A DNA stretch of 63,941 bases, counting the filler, from Reticulomyxa filosa (lineage: Eukaryota > Protista > Foraminifera): the NCBI GenBank assembly GCA_000512085.1. It is 21 parts of 21 records of this genome, joined end to end, with 100 filler letters (N's around TTAATTAATTAA, not from the genome) between each part and the next. Parts side by side here need not be neighbours in the genome. Positions count along the whole stretch, not along the records: positions 29,497 to 39,193 come from ASPP01010516.1; positions 39,294 to 41,737 come from ASPP01024158.1; positions 41,838 to 43,543 come from ASPP01006974.1; positions 43,644 to 46,447 come from ASPP01019230.1; positions 46,548 to 47,563 come from ASPP01003690.1; 16 more parts are not named here. One strand, given 5' to 3'. Each line of letters opens with the position of its first letter. Positions within the stretch are counted from its first letter, which is position 1. A model generated the notes under the pieces. That model ran no database searches. It saw only the letters and a program-made list of their open reading frames with translations, and was not told where the DNA came from. The translations under genes and the position numbers were made by a program. Positions 33,158-46,707 of the stretch are shown here, in pieces.

Positions 33158-35709
33158 ATGACATCATTGCTAAATGGTACTCGGCAGGTTTTTGGAATCC
33201 CCCTTAAACAAAAGAAGAGACCCCACGTGTGTTTGTGTTTTCCCAAATAGACGATGATGCAGAAATATCGTTGTTGACAGTAACGCAGCAAGAGACAGTA
33301 TCAATGTTAGTATCAATGGGTTTCGACAGCCGCCAAAGTATTCTCGCGGCGCAGATCTACGGAAGCAATGTGGAGTCAGCAATCAACCACCTCGCAGACA
33401 ACGCAGGTGCGGTATTTCCCCGCTCCTCTCGTGACAGTAGTAGTTATGGCAACGCGAATACGAATACGAATACGAATGCGAGTGCGAGTAGGGACACTAA
33501 CGAAGCAGGAACAGGAGTGAAAGACAATGCCACAGCCGTCAGTCGAACAAGCAACGCAGTGCCCGTGGATATGCAATTGAGTATGCTGCTGACGTCGCCA
33601 CAAGAGCAGCAGTCGATCATTGACGAGGCAGTGATCGAGGGTTCGTCTGTGGACGACGTTTACATGAACGACTTTTGTCACGCACAAATCCCATTGCTGA
33701 TGCATCAATACTTTGGAGACGTGTTGGACGACTCCAAGCAAAGCGTGGACCACCACACGGTCTCCAGCGCAAAGGGACCCATCGCCAAAGAAGAAGAAAA
33801 GCAGATCAATGTCACAGCCGAGGACAAGTCCAATGCAAGCTCCGCGTCCACTACGGTTGTTTCAGCCACATCCAATCAAAGTGAGAACGATGTTGAGTTT
33901 ATATATACATATATATGTATATATATATATATATGTATGTATATATATGTATATATATATGTATGTATATATTTATTTATTTATTTATTTATTTATTTAG
34001 TTAATTAGTTAACTTGCTCTTATTGTTTAATTGTTGCTTATATATCCTCTCCCATCTTTTCCATAGTTTGCATTACACAAAGCGGCGTGGTTTGGCGATA
34101 TTCTGACGATTAAGAATGTATCGGGCGAGTGGATCGATTCCAAAGATGTGCATGGCAACACTGCGCTGGCCATCGCGGTGCGAATGGAAATGCCCGACGT
34201 TGCGCATGCGCTGCTGGAAAAGGGCGCGGACCCTCGCGTCGAACTGGGCTGTGGCTGGAATATCTTGCAGGAAGCGTGTTTGTACCAACAGCAGCAGTTG
34301 GTCACGGACATGGTCATTCACACGGTCCAATTGCGAGGAAATGAGTACGAAAAACAAAAGCAACGTCTGTTGGACTCGCTTCAAAAGATTAAAGATTTCA
34401 AATTGGAAATTAAATGGCAAGTCACTGTTGAGTTGCTTTTTGTTTGTTTATCTTTGTCTTTGCTGTGTATTATATATACATATATATGCATATATATATA
34501 TATATATATATTGTATATATATGTTTATGTATGTATATGTCTCTGTGGTGTTTTTTATTTGTGCAAGCACAAATAAAAAAACGAAAAATAAATACAATAA
34601 AACAAAGACAAAAGAGAGATGGTAAATACACAGTCTTCGGTTCCAATGGTGACAAGTTTATTGAAAAAGTTTTCAGATATCGAAAATTTCAAAATTTGGA
34701 AATCGGGCACAAAGATTCGCTTTGACTCGTTCGTTCGGGGCTTTAGTGCGACGGGCGTTCAAAAGGGACACTTAACGTTTTTGTTCACGGAGGGCAATAT
34801 CGTCACGATCGATCATGACAGAGGCACCTTTTGAAAACGCAATTCGAAAGTACAAAAATCCTGATTTCGACGAATTGGAACGTTATATTCGATTGCTTAT
34901 CTCCACCGAGCAAGGAAGGTCCTTAACTTTTTTTTTTTTTTTTGCTCATTGTGTGTTTACGTGTTGCTTGTGTGAATACACTGCTCATATAGAGCCTCCA
35001 TGACCACTACAAAGACCACTTTTACTGCAAAAAAAGATTGGTTGGGAAAACCAAAACATGAAACGATCGAAGGTTATGATTGTGAAATTATGGCTGTCAG
35101 CGGATTATGTTTCTCTGTAGTTACTTACTTTATGCATACATATACATATATATATTTTTTATATTGGGTTTATATATAGTTTTTTTGAAAGTGCAACTCC
35201 GACAATCAATAAATTATGATGGGATAGATCAGTCCCTCGGATGACAAAAAAAAATGGTCGCCACCCGATTTTGACGAATATTTTGCAGAGGAACAAACCA
35301 AAAAGAGCTCCAAAAATAAAAAAATACATTATTCACCCACCAACATTGTACGCAAAGATCAACCAGTTAATATTACTTTGTGGCAAAGCACCGAGTTCCC
35401 ACTCAGCCATAAAGACATTGAGGTCATACTCGAAGCCATTTCTATCGCTTCTGAAGATATGAGAAGACTGGCCGATGTCTTTCAACTTGAATTTCAAAAA
35501 GGCTTTCCAGTCAAATTGGGTTTGTTCTCTTTTTTATCCTTTTTTTCCTCTTATCGCTTGAATTAACTGCTCTTTTTGTCATTTGGTTGACTTTTACAGA
35601 TATTCCTGTTGTTGTAGGTGTTGCGGCTAGTGTCACCTTTTGTAACTTTGAATGGACTGAATCAAACGAATCACTCTTCAGGATACCGGAAAGCTACACG
35701 TTAATGTAA
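33158..35709 (+). CDS. ANKRD13-family protein with an N-terminal UBA domain (multi-exon)
   Basis: UBA VSMLVSMGFDSRQSILAAQIYGSNVESAINHL; ankyrin DVHGNTALAIAV..GWNILQEA; ANKRD13 core DFKLEIKWQ/SSVP..FKIWKSGTKIRFD and GFPVKL/DIPV..VTFCNF. Homopolymer frameshift at about 34830. Confidence 0.85.
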
Positions 35710-38700
35710 CTAAATACATTGCAGTGTTTTGGTTGTTTGTCGATAATTTTTTTTTCAATAAGCCAAATGACAGTAAACCCAACCATTTCTTCTTTAATCA
35801 TAACTGCGACATAAAAGTGTTTAACTCTTAAACAATCTTTTCGCATCTTCAACAACAAAAAAGTGTGACAGCCACAAAGTATAAAATAATATCGCAAATT
35901 AAAATAGTGATCCGCTAAGTATAAACTTTGAGATTTTGGCTCTATTTGCTACACAAAATATTCTTCAAAATTTTTACAAATGGTCTAAAAAAAAAAAGTA
36001 CTTTTTAAGTTGACGTTGCGTAAAAAAAGGGCAAAAGAGAAGCTTGAAAAATGAGCAGAAACAGAAGAAGAAAAAAAGGAAGCACAAATATGCAAATCAA
36101 AAAAGATAAAGAAGCAAATAAACAATTGGCAAACATCAAAAAAGAGGATGTATAAACAATATTAGATCTGGACATAATAGAGTTACAATTGATTGTGGAC
36201 CGTCTGCAAATGCATTCGAAACACAGTATATGATTCTCCGCTTAGCAGAACCTATACCTTTCCATAGGTTCCGCTTGGACTTCAATGACAAGATAGCAAT
36301 AAAAACTTTTGTGCGGATGCTTTGACATGAATGACGCATGACTAAATACAAAATTTACATTTATTTGCAAAAGAGAAAAGTGAGGAAATCTTTAATTAAA
36401 ATTGAAATGGTGAGAATTGCTTTGCTGACTATATTTTATTTTAATCTTTTTCTTATATGAATATTTAATGTTAAAAATTTTCAAATAAAGGTATTCTTCT
36501 TTTTGTGGTCGCAAGACTTACTTTTCATTTAAGTAATTTAACTCTTTTTGAGTCAATACTTCATTGTTGTTAAAAAGTACATCTGAACTACATAATATCA
36601 TTGCATATTCACAAGCGAAATTCTTGATTGACGTAAAATCGCTCCAACAGACTTTTTCATTTTTTTCAAGGATAAGAATATCACGTTTTATTTCCAAATC
36701 TTCATATAACAATTGTACTCCATTTTACAATACACATGCAAATTAATCACAAGTTCATGTATTTGAGAATTATGATTTATTGAACGAATCTATCACAATC
36801 AGTGTTTGTTTTTCCAAAGTTTTCATAAAGTTGTCTGACTTTGACATTGCAAATACAAACAAAAACACGAAACTTCAATAGTATCCATGAAGAATCATTT
36901 TATGTCTTTCCTATCAAGAGCAGGCAGTGCTAAGAACTTTGTAGTTTGTTTTCAACAAACAAACATTACATCTTCAAAAAAAAAAAAATGGAACTAACCA
37001 CCCTCTTGTAACTCTATGTTTTGGTTGATTAATTTTAGTTTGACACAATAACAAAAAAATATGTATTTTGTGTTGTTCAACGAATTGGTTGTATCAAAAT
37101 CTTTTTTCTTTTATAATTTTTATTTGAAGGAATAATAAAACTATGTTTCATCGTTTTTTTAAACAAAAAACAGCACAAAAAGAAAATTCTCAAAGAGGAA
37201 TATATCAAAAAAAGGGGTAGTTCCATTTTTTTAATTTTTTTATCTTTCATCTTTTTTCTTTTGAACAAGCAACTTTTTCATTTGTTGGGGACATGATATC
37301 ACGTAGCAGCAAAAGTACTTGTAAACAAGTTATTCTTTACTTTTAAAAAACTAGAACAAGTAAAACGTTATATAAAAAAAATATATTCATTTAAACAATA
37401 ATACTGTTTATATATTGTTTTCTTGATTGTCACTTTCTCGTTGTCTACAATGACTGAATAGCAGACATAAACGCTTTGACAATAAAATGCTGAAACAACA
37501 AATATATATGATTGTGACAACATTACACAATGTCCGATAATTAATACATTTTTAATAACATTACAGACTAAAATAACAATAATCAACAACATATGATATA
37601 TTTTTTATTTATAAAGTTATGATCAAACAACAAGAAATGAATAATAAAGTTTTCTCCACATTATAGTATACTTTAAATGTTTAGATTCATTTGTTCATTG
37701 AATTGGATATACGATCAAACAATTTTTTCCAAATAGAGCGTATAACGTAACACATATTTTTAAACGAATTCTTTTTTTCATTTAATGTATTCAACTGTGA
37801 AAATTTTCAATGTTTTATAAACAGCATTCATCTTCCTCAAAACAGCACATTGTATACTTTATTCAAACTCTGTTTATTTATTTTTTTTTTTTGAAGCATG
37901 CCAACATCCATTATTGTTTACAGTACTGCAGTTATACACAATAATAAACAAAAAAAGTCTAATAAAAAAAAACAACAATAATAACAAACAAAATATCATC
38001 ATATTAGAAAATACATAAACAACTTAAGTTTTATGTTTATTATTACAAAATTATTTCTCTTTGAATTTTGTGGTTTCTTGTTCCACCTCTTACATTTTAT
38101 TTAAAATTTGATTTCTTCTTCAAACAAATGAAAAATATATTGAATAAAAGTGGTCAAAAGGGGTTAGTTCTATTTTTTAAATTTTTTTATCTGTAATGTC
38201 TTTAGCTCGCCAACAAATCCAAAAGATTCAAAGTCTAATTGTCACAGATGATGAAACTGAGTTTATCTTTTTGTAGTGAAAATTTTATTTCATAAAAGAA
38301 ATAATTTTCAAATCAACTTACAAAACTGACAAAATATGTTGATAATTGTGAAATCTTTGAAAGTATTGTTATCATTAAAACTTATTTTTGAAATATTACC
38401 TTTCATTTTTCATAAACGAGAATGTAATCATTTAAGTAAATATCCACTAGATCCAGAAACAGTTACATGCACCAAATTCTTTTCAGAGTATTAGATATAC
38501 TAAAAATTTGTTTTCAGTTAAATATTTTTGTGATACATTTTAATGTCTGTTACAATAAGCTACTGAATCCTTTTTCCGTGTTTGGTATATTGTATAAAAA
38601 AGCACAACTGAAATAATATGCAAATTAAATAACTGCGTTACGTAAACACAAAAATCTATAATTGCACGCATATATGTGCTAATTGTAATCTCAATCTAAG

Positions 38701-39293
38701 TTATCCAAAGAACTTCAAAATGTTGTAATTTTCTTAATTGGTTACGTTGTACCTAAAAAAATACTGAATAATTCACCGCTTTTCCAAGTGAGCAAAAATA
38801 CAGTTACTATATTTTGGAAATACTTCTAATTTTCTGAAATTTTCCAAAAAATGACTACATCTATGATTACAATGAAAAACGGACTTATGTTCTTCTTTGT
38901 CATCATTCTAAGTAATAATGTTAGTTGTCAAAAATCATAATGTCAACTTTTTATTTAGGTATGTTGCTATTGGTCATTGTTGTCATCTTTACTATCACTT
39001 GATTACGTGCTCGAATATACTTAACATACAAAAAGCTTGGAATTGAAAAATCTTTTGATCAAGGATTTGTTTATATTATATTGAATATATTATAAAAGAA
39101 CGCTTGTCAGTTTATTTTGATATGCTAATCAATTGTAATCACATTGTTAAAACTTAGATTTATCTATTAACAAAATTTCATTTTCATTTTTAANNNNNNN
39201 NNNNNNNNNNNNNNNNNNNNNNNNNNNNNNNNNNNNNTTAATTAATTAANNNNNNNNNNNNNNNNNNNNNNNNNNNNNNNNNNNNNNNNNNNN

Positions 39294-39327
<34 letters not shown>

Positions 39328-40267
39328 GCAAAACAAAACAGGTCGCTCGTCCAAGGCTTTCAAATGAGAACTGCCTTTTTTCAACAGCGAACTCAACTCG
39401 CCGATGAGTGCCTTCATGGAAGGGATGAAAGAAATGATGCCTTCGGGGATGAGCACGATGCCGTAATCTTTGCCCTTGGCCTGTCGTGTGGCAATGACAT
39501 CCGCCATATGATCGGCAATATCGTGCAACAGCAGGTCCTGCTTTTCGACCTCTTCGCCAATCAACGTGATATTCACATGCGTTTGCAGCGCACAATCCAA
39601 CGTTACATGCGACGCATCCCGACCCATGAGCTTGATAAAGTGCCACGATTTTGCGGCTGATTTCGCGTCGCGGCAGATATTCGATATCATTTCGCTGTAC
39701 GTTTTCACCGCAGTGTCGAAGCCAAATGACATTTCAATATATTCATTTTGCAAATCCCCGTCAATGGTTTTGGGAACGCCTATAATATTACACATTATTA
39801 AACACATATATACATATACATGTATGGATATGATATATATATATATATGTATATACGTTTTTCAAATCCCAGACTTACCTATGACCGAACATTTGCATTT
39901 TTGAGATGCAAAATACTCGGCAAGAACAGCAGCATTGGTATTGGAGTCGTCGCCTCCAATGATCACCAAACCATTCAAGTCGTGCGAGACGACGCTTTTC
40001 AAGGCTGACTCTTGTTGTTGTGACGTCTCAATCTTGTCGCGACCGCTACGGATCATGTCGAACCCTCCTGTGTTGCGGTATTCGTCCACTACGTTTTTAT
40101 CGATCTTGATGTATTTGTTTTGAATCACGCCAATGGGGCCGTCCAAAAACCCTATCATTGTCGATTCTCCATTCAAATGCTTCAGCGCGTCAAACAAACC
40201 TGTTATCACATTGTGTCCGCCAGACGCTTGTCCGCCTGATAACACCACCCCCACTTTCAACTATTTG

Positions 40268-40300
<33 letters not shown>

Positions 40301-40655
40301 TGTTTTTGTACGCTATTGGGGGCTAAGTTCAAATTATTTGCCAAAAGGGGAGGCAATGAACCGAGGAATGAAGACAAAAAAAGGTTCTTATATGTAAGAT
40401 CTGTGTCAATACATATCAGTTTTTTTAAGGGTTAACTGGAGAGTGTTCCAGCGACTTTTCTTCGTCGGAATGTGCCAAGTGCAAAAGTGGTTGACCGTAC
40501 GTCAATGGAAACAGTCCACTTATCTCTTTTTGGTTCGATATCGATTTTGTCTTTTCACCTGTTTCAAACTTTAGCTTCTCCAAGTGCTCTAATGACTTGG
40601 GAATACGTGGCACGAATTCTCTTCGAAGTTTTCCTAACAATGTCTCATCTGTCAT
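39294..40655 (-). CDS. pfp: Pyrophosphate-dependent phosphofructokinase (PFP), 3' partial, 3 or more exons
   Basis: [20 protein letters not shown] (PPi-type Asp), [26 protein letters not shown]. Confidence 0.96.
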
Positions 40656-41244
40656 TATTTTTTCTTAACCCTCAAACTAATTTATTCCCTTTACCTCTTC
40701 AAAGATATAAAATTCGCACAAGAGAGTTTTGTTTTGCTGAAGTTTTTTTTGTTTTTTCACGTGTTGAGTTGCGGGCATACCAAAAAGAAAAACAAGTCAC
40801 AGCAAAAGGAGTACTTAAATCAAATGTCTTTGAATTCTAGTTGTCAGCATTAAAACGAATGCAAAATTAACAATTCAACACTTCAAATAATTGCAAATTG
40901 GTTTACGTGATGAAAGGGTTTGTAATTTGGTTAAGTTTTTGTCACTTTGTGTGCATTTGTTTTAATTGCAGAATGAGAACGCTCTGACTTTAATTTTTAT
41001 TTTACCAAATTAAAATCTCTTCTAAATGTTGTCAATGTCAGAAATAAAAATTTTTTTTATTCGGTTCTAGCGCTGTCAGCTTAAAGGTTTCTCAATTAAA
41101 ATAAAGGTATAAACTGCAAGTATTCTATTTTTAGGGCATAGTCTAGATGACGTAAAAAACGTTTAAAAATGTACTGTGCGTAGAAAAGTTTTCGAAGGAC
41201 AGCCCTTTTTGCGAACGTTTGTATATCATAGAAAGATTGCAAAC

Positions 41245-41690
41245 ATGTTTAAATCCGAAGATGCAAAAGCTTTAGTTCAGCAGAATCCTCGAAGTACGTT
41301 CGAAACTGAAGTCGACAATGTCAAAACGTTAGTTGTGATGTGTCGTTTTACATTCTTTTTTAGTTCCAAAGAGTCATAAAGGAGTGTGTAAAAAAAAATT
41401 ATATATATGCATATGTGATAAGATCGGTTTATTACGACTACCATTACGGAACAGCCGGGTTTCGAGGGGATGCAAGTATATTAAATTCAGTATTTGTTCG
41501 TGTGGGACTGTTAGCAACCCTGCGATCATTTCATAAAAATGGCGAAGCCATAGGATTAATGATAACTGCTTCACACAACCCAGAGAACGACAACGGAGTA
41601 AAGATCATTGATCCTTCAGGAGAGATGCTTTGTCACACATGGGAGCCTATCGCCACAACCGTGGCCAACTTGCCTCCAAATGTTGGGTGT
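41245..41690 (+). CDS. PGM3: Phosphoacetylglucosamine mutase (5' part)
   Basis: [35 protein letters not shown]. Confidence 0.95.
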
Positions 41691-41837
41691 GTGTGTTGGA
41701 TGTGATTTACACTTTTTTTTTTTTTTTTTTTTTTTTGNNNNNNNNNNNNNNNNNNNNNNNNNNNNNNNNNNNNNNNNNNNNTTAATTAATTAANNNNNNN
41801 NNNNNNNNNNNNNNNNNNNNNNNNNNNNNNNNNNNNN

Positions 41838-43330
41838 TATTATTATTATTATTATTATTATTATTGCTTTCAGTTAGTACTGGTGAAGTAGGAATTTTTG
41901 TGGTTCCATTTGATGGCGCTCCTGCTACTGATACTGGTGTTGCAATTGGTACTGAAACTGGTGCTGGTGTTGTAGGTGTCCGTGTTGCTGACGTTGGAAA
42001 ATGTGTCATTGTAACCATGTTCGTTACCGGCATCGGTGGGTCCATTAAATCATTGGACAACGTTGGAAGGTGAGATAAAATGTCGTGACGCGGCCACGGA
42101 GGCAGCAATTCCGATAACACTGGCACATTCAACAGTGTTCCTCGTGCTTGCGATTGTACTTTTTCCAAGTTGTCTTTGCTAGGCATCGTTGGCAACAAAG
42201 TTGGTAATGTCAATACACCCAACGTAGAAGAACACATTGACACCTTTCCACCATCAATTTTATTTGGATTGGAGCCTGCCAAATTAATTGATGTTCCTCG
42301 GTGGACGTAAAGTGTTTCCTCTTTATTGGGGCACAAACGGGGTTTTTTTTTGGGGCACAAGTGTGGGTTCATTACGTGTTGCAAATCTTTTTTTTTATTA
42401 TTGAATTCTTTTGAGTGCATTTTTTCACTTACCACTTTCAAAAGAAAGAGAGGAAAGAAAGTAAAGTAGAACAAGAACAATAAGGTTGTTAACTTCTGTT
42501 ATCATCATCTTTCAGAAGTACAGCTTTCTAATGTGATTGAAAAAAAAACTAAATAAATTTTTAAAAAACGTGGGAAACAAAAAAATTTAAAAGAGTCATG
42601 TGTTTTCATAAAAACAAATTTAAAACAAAAAAAAAAAGACAAAACTGGTACGACGGCGTTGGCCTCATTGCAATTGAAAAGTACAAGATTATTGATATTG
42701 AAACAAAATACAGTGATGGCATGTTTTGGGAATTTTTTGTGGCAAAGATAATTGGATCCAAGGGAGCAGATAAAAGTATTGGTGGCATTGTTTGTTTGAG
42801 AAGCTGGAATTTTATGGTAATTTCGTTTGTCAAGTGCAATAGTATTACTATTATTATCATTATTATTATTATTATTATTATTAGCAATAGTAGTTGCATC
42901 AGTGACGTCATTTTTTGTTGTAACAAAGGCAGGAAAAGGAGTAGCGACAACAGAGTGAATATCGTCATGACAACCGAGTGGCGCCAAAGCGGACGAAAGA
43001 TTGGAGTTTTGAATAATGGTGACGTTGACATGTACCAAGTAAGATAAAAAAAAGTGTCTGTTAAAAAAAATTCAAATGCAATAGTTTCTGTTGAATTGTT
43101 TCCATTTTGTAAATGGTTTGGATGACATGGAAATTCCATTGCCAAACACATTTGCATTTTTGAATCGACAGCTACGCCCAGCACATTACTCCTTCGACCT
43201 TTTGCGTTCCCATTAACACAAGATATCGTCAAATAGGCCACGTCAGGTATCACCTCGGCCCAGAGTCTTTCGTACATGAACGTCACCGGTGCGTGATCAG
43301 TTTCTGTATCACACTGTAGGGGTTCCTGTG
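41838..43330 (-). CDS. Hypothetical protein, internal exons with Asn/Pro/Thr low complexity
   Basis: Long open frames with poly-N and PT-rich segments, flanked by poly-T introns. Confidence 0.35.
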
Positions 43331-43505
43331 TATGTGCGTATGTGCGTATGTGAAAGTGTTTAAAACAAAATTGCAAGACCTCAGTTTTTGTGTGTTTGTG
43401 TTTTATTCTTATTTTTTTTTAATTTTATTTTTATTTTTTTAAAATAAATAATTTAATTAGTTAATCGAAAACAAAAAAGAGCCAAAGCTCAAATTGTGTA
43501 CGTAT

Positions 43506-43543
<38 letters not shown>

Positions 43544-43643
43544 NNNNNNNNNNNNNNNNNNNNNNNNNNNNNNNNNNNNNNNNNNNNTTAATTAATTAAN
43601 NNNNNNNNNNNNNNNNNNNNNNNNNNNNNNNNNNNNNNNNNNN

Positions 43644-45417
43644 GTGTATAAAGACCAACAAAATCAAAAGACACTGTGCCAAGTGGTCGTGATAACACCG
43701 GAAGACCAAAAGAAGATGGGCTTGCTGCAAGAAAAGTATCAGCGAATAACAGAGGATATAACGACAATCGATAAGGCGATGACGCAGTTGCAACAGAATC
43801 ATGCGGAAAAGCAAGAGATAGTCGAGTCGATCACAAACGAACTGATCGAGAACATTACCAAATATAAAAAGGAGTTGCTGTTGTCGATGGAACAGTATGT
43901 CAAAGGCAAAGAAGAGCAGTTGCTGGGACACAAGCAGAAATTAATTGTTCTAGAAAAGCAGTTGAAACAATGGAATGACGATTTGGTACAATGCATGAGC
44001 GATCAATCGTTGAACCCCCCTCAACGAAAAAATAAAATCACTCAAATTATCGATAATCCAAACATTTCACAACTGCAATGGTCTAATCGACTGCCTTGTC
44101 ATGTCGACATTCGTCTTGGATCTGACATTTTCTCCATTCTTCAAGTTGTTATTGTTTTTTTTTCCAATGCTTTAAACTGAACATATATATATATATGTAT
44201 ACGTATACATATATGTACGTGTATATAATGAAATATTGTAGTTAGTACGTGACAAGATTAGAGTGTTTGAAAAAGGGAGCCCACAACTATTAGGAGCGAA
44301 ATATAAATGTGAAGAACATACGATTGAGTTGGAGTGGAAAGATGAAGACTGGGACGACGATGTGATGCGGGATCAGTATATGTATGAAGTGGAGTTGAGA
44401 GAAGACAAAGCCCCAAGTATCAATGACAACGAAACGAAAACGAATGACAAGGACGAAGGAAAAGATGACTCACAAATGGAATGGAAGAAAATTACAACAA
44501 TCGAACGATGTGAAAAACAAAGCAAACATACAACGGCAATCAACAGCAAAGACATTCCCTCTAACAAAATATGTTACTTGCGAATGCGTGGCTGCTTTCT
44601 TTCACGCACTTTATGGACTCCATACAGTAATGTTATCTCCCTTTACACCAGTAAGTTTTCAATGTCCCTTTTTTTCTTCCTCTGGGTCCCCTTCTTCAAC
44701 ATAATCAATAACGTGTGTGTGTATCGGTGGGTATGAAGTGCCAGAATAATACTCGCGTGGGATACTACAAACCATGGAAATTGCGTCACATTTGAAAGTC
44801 CAAACCGTGCCAAGTTTGGAAATACCAGATCCAAGGCAGTGGCTAATTATGTCATCCAATTGAAGCAACATAAACGCTTTGCTTGGAAATTTACAATGCA
44901 CTCGTTCCGGCTTTTTGTTTTTGTTTTTTTTTACGTGCTCTTCTTTTCTTGTCTCCTCTGTCTCAGATGTTATGGTATATATTGCATTTTTTTTTCTTTT
45001 TTTTAGAATCAGCAATTATTCGTGGATCGGATTTACTAAAGCGCCAATAACTCAATACACAACCGACTGGTCTTTATTTTTTTTTCTTTTATTAGGCTCT
45101 TATTTATTTTTTTTCTTGTGTGATATTTCTTTGCGCTTAGGAATATATGGCTTGGACAAGCAATGGATTACAGTATTGGCTTTGAACAAAATTCTACATC
45201 GATTTATCCATATGTGTTTGGAGTGAGCCTCAGTACAGTGAAGACACCAGCAATTCAAGTTAATGACAAGTTCAAATTTGTGGTTGATGGAGAACAAAAA
45301 ACATGTGAAGTGTTTCACAATGGGAAAACGTTGGGAGTGATCTTTACCCAAATATTCGCTGAAATTTGTCCTGCCGCTTCAAATAATCTAAGTCCCTCGG
45401 AAATTACTATTGAATAG
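43644..45417 (+). CDS. Coiled-coil-FN3-SPRY/B30.2-like (TRIM-like C-terminus) protein, 5' partial
   Basis: Coiled-coil exon; FN3-like IELEW..YMYEVE..CYLRMRG..WTPYSNVI; SPRY-like WKFTMH..WIGF..VNDKFKFVVD..VFHNGKTLGVIF..ICPAAS. Confidence 0.65.
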
Positions 45418-46547
45418 ATCTTTACGTAATGTACTATGAAGGACAAATTTCTTGTTTTTTGTTATTTACATCGAGTAATGTATGCATCGGCTGACCATTG
45501 GAGACATATGCAGCCACAGCAAATCATTCCAATGGGCAAACTCCCCTTCAATTCCTATTTATGTTGAAATTGGATTTTGTATAAACAACTCAAAGGACAT
45601 CTGTTAAAACTTTTTCTGGGTCACCTGCGCCAACTTTCATTTAAAAAACTTCTGAAATCCAAAATGAAGTTTACCATCATTTCAAAACTATTTCTCTTTT
45701 CTTACACAAAATTTTGCACGATTACTAGTGTAATCAAAATTACAATTTTTAAAATACTGATCAAAACATACGTTTAGTTTTCTATCAAAAAAATATCGCA
45801 ATTCGCATCTTACGAAAAGTTATTTTTATAATGGAATTTGAAAAGATTTGATGTTTATTTTAATCCAGTGTCCAAGTTTATTGAGAAAAAAATATTTGGA
45901 AAATTCCAAAAACGTTCTAGTTATCGATATAACTGTTAGTATTAATATTATAATTATTGATTTTAAAGTAAATGAACTTAAGTTACCAAAAAGATAAAAA
46001 GCTTTAAGTTAATGATGAATATAAATACAATTAAGTATTTGTATAATCAAAACATGCGAATACTAATGTAGGGCAAGGCCCTAACAGTGCAAAGGGAAGT
46101 TCCTGAGTAACTCAGGAAACCCCTTTTTTACAACAACTTACTTACCTTTTCTTCCAACTTCTCTTATTCTCTTGTTGTTATTGTCGTTGTTATTTTATAT
46201 TCTTCTTTTATTTAAACTAATTTTGTTTTTGAAAGATTGCTTAAAGAGCAACTATTCGTATTACACTTGACATTTCAGTCTAGACAAGCTAGTCCACTTC
46301 CTACACTAAAATAGTGAAAATATTAAATCAAGTAACTTAAAAATTAAATAAAATAATTACAATTATCAATACAGCAATTATAGCCGTTGATTCAAGTATG
46401 CAATTATTTATAGTTAAAAGATCAAATGTGTCAATATGTATTACATANNNNNNNNNNNNNNNNNNNNNNNNNNNNNNNNNNNNNNNNNNNNTTAATTAAT
46501 TAANNNNNNNNNNNNNNNNNNNNNNNNNNNNNNNNNNNNNNNNNNNN

Positions 46548-46707
46548 AAAAACTGGAAAGACTTAATAAAAACCAAAACGATATTTAAAACTACAAGATT
46601 TGTAGATATTTTTAAAAAATTTTGATTAAATGGTATTTTTTCATGGAGAAACACAATTATCTAATAAGGTGACATTTTAGGTGTCAACTTTCTTTTTTAT
46701 CTTAATG
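46548..46707 (+). mobile_element. Second copy of the Tc1/mariner terminal inverted repeat
   Basis: Collinear with about 24340-24504 (acttaataaaaaccaaaa..ttttgattaaatg..ttttcatgga.aaacacaat..) and also followed by TA. Confidence 0.8.
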
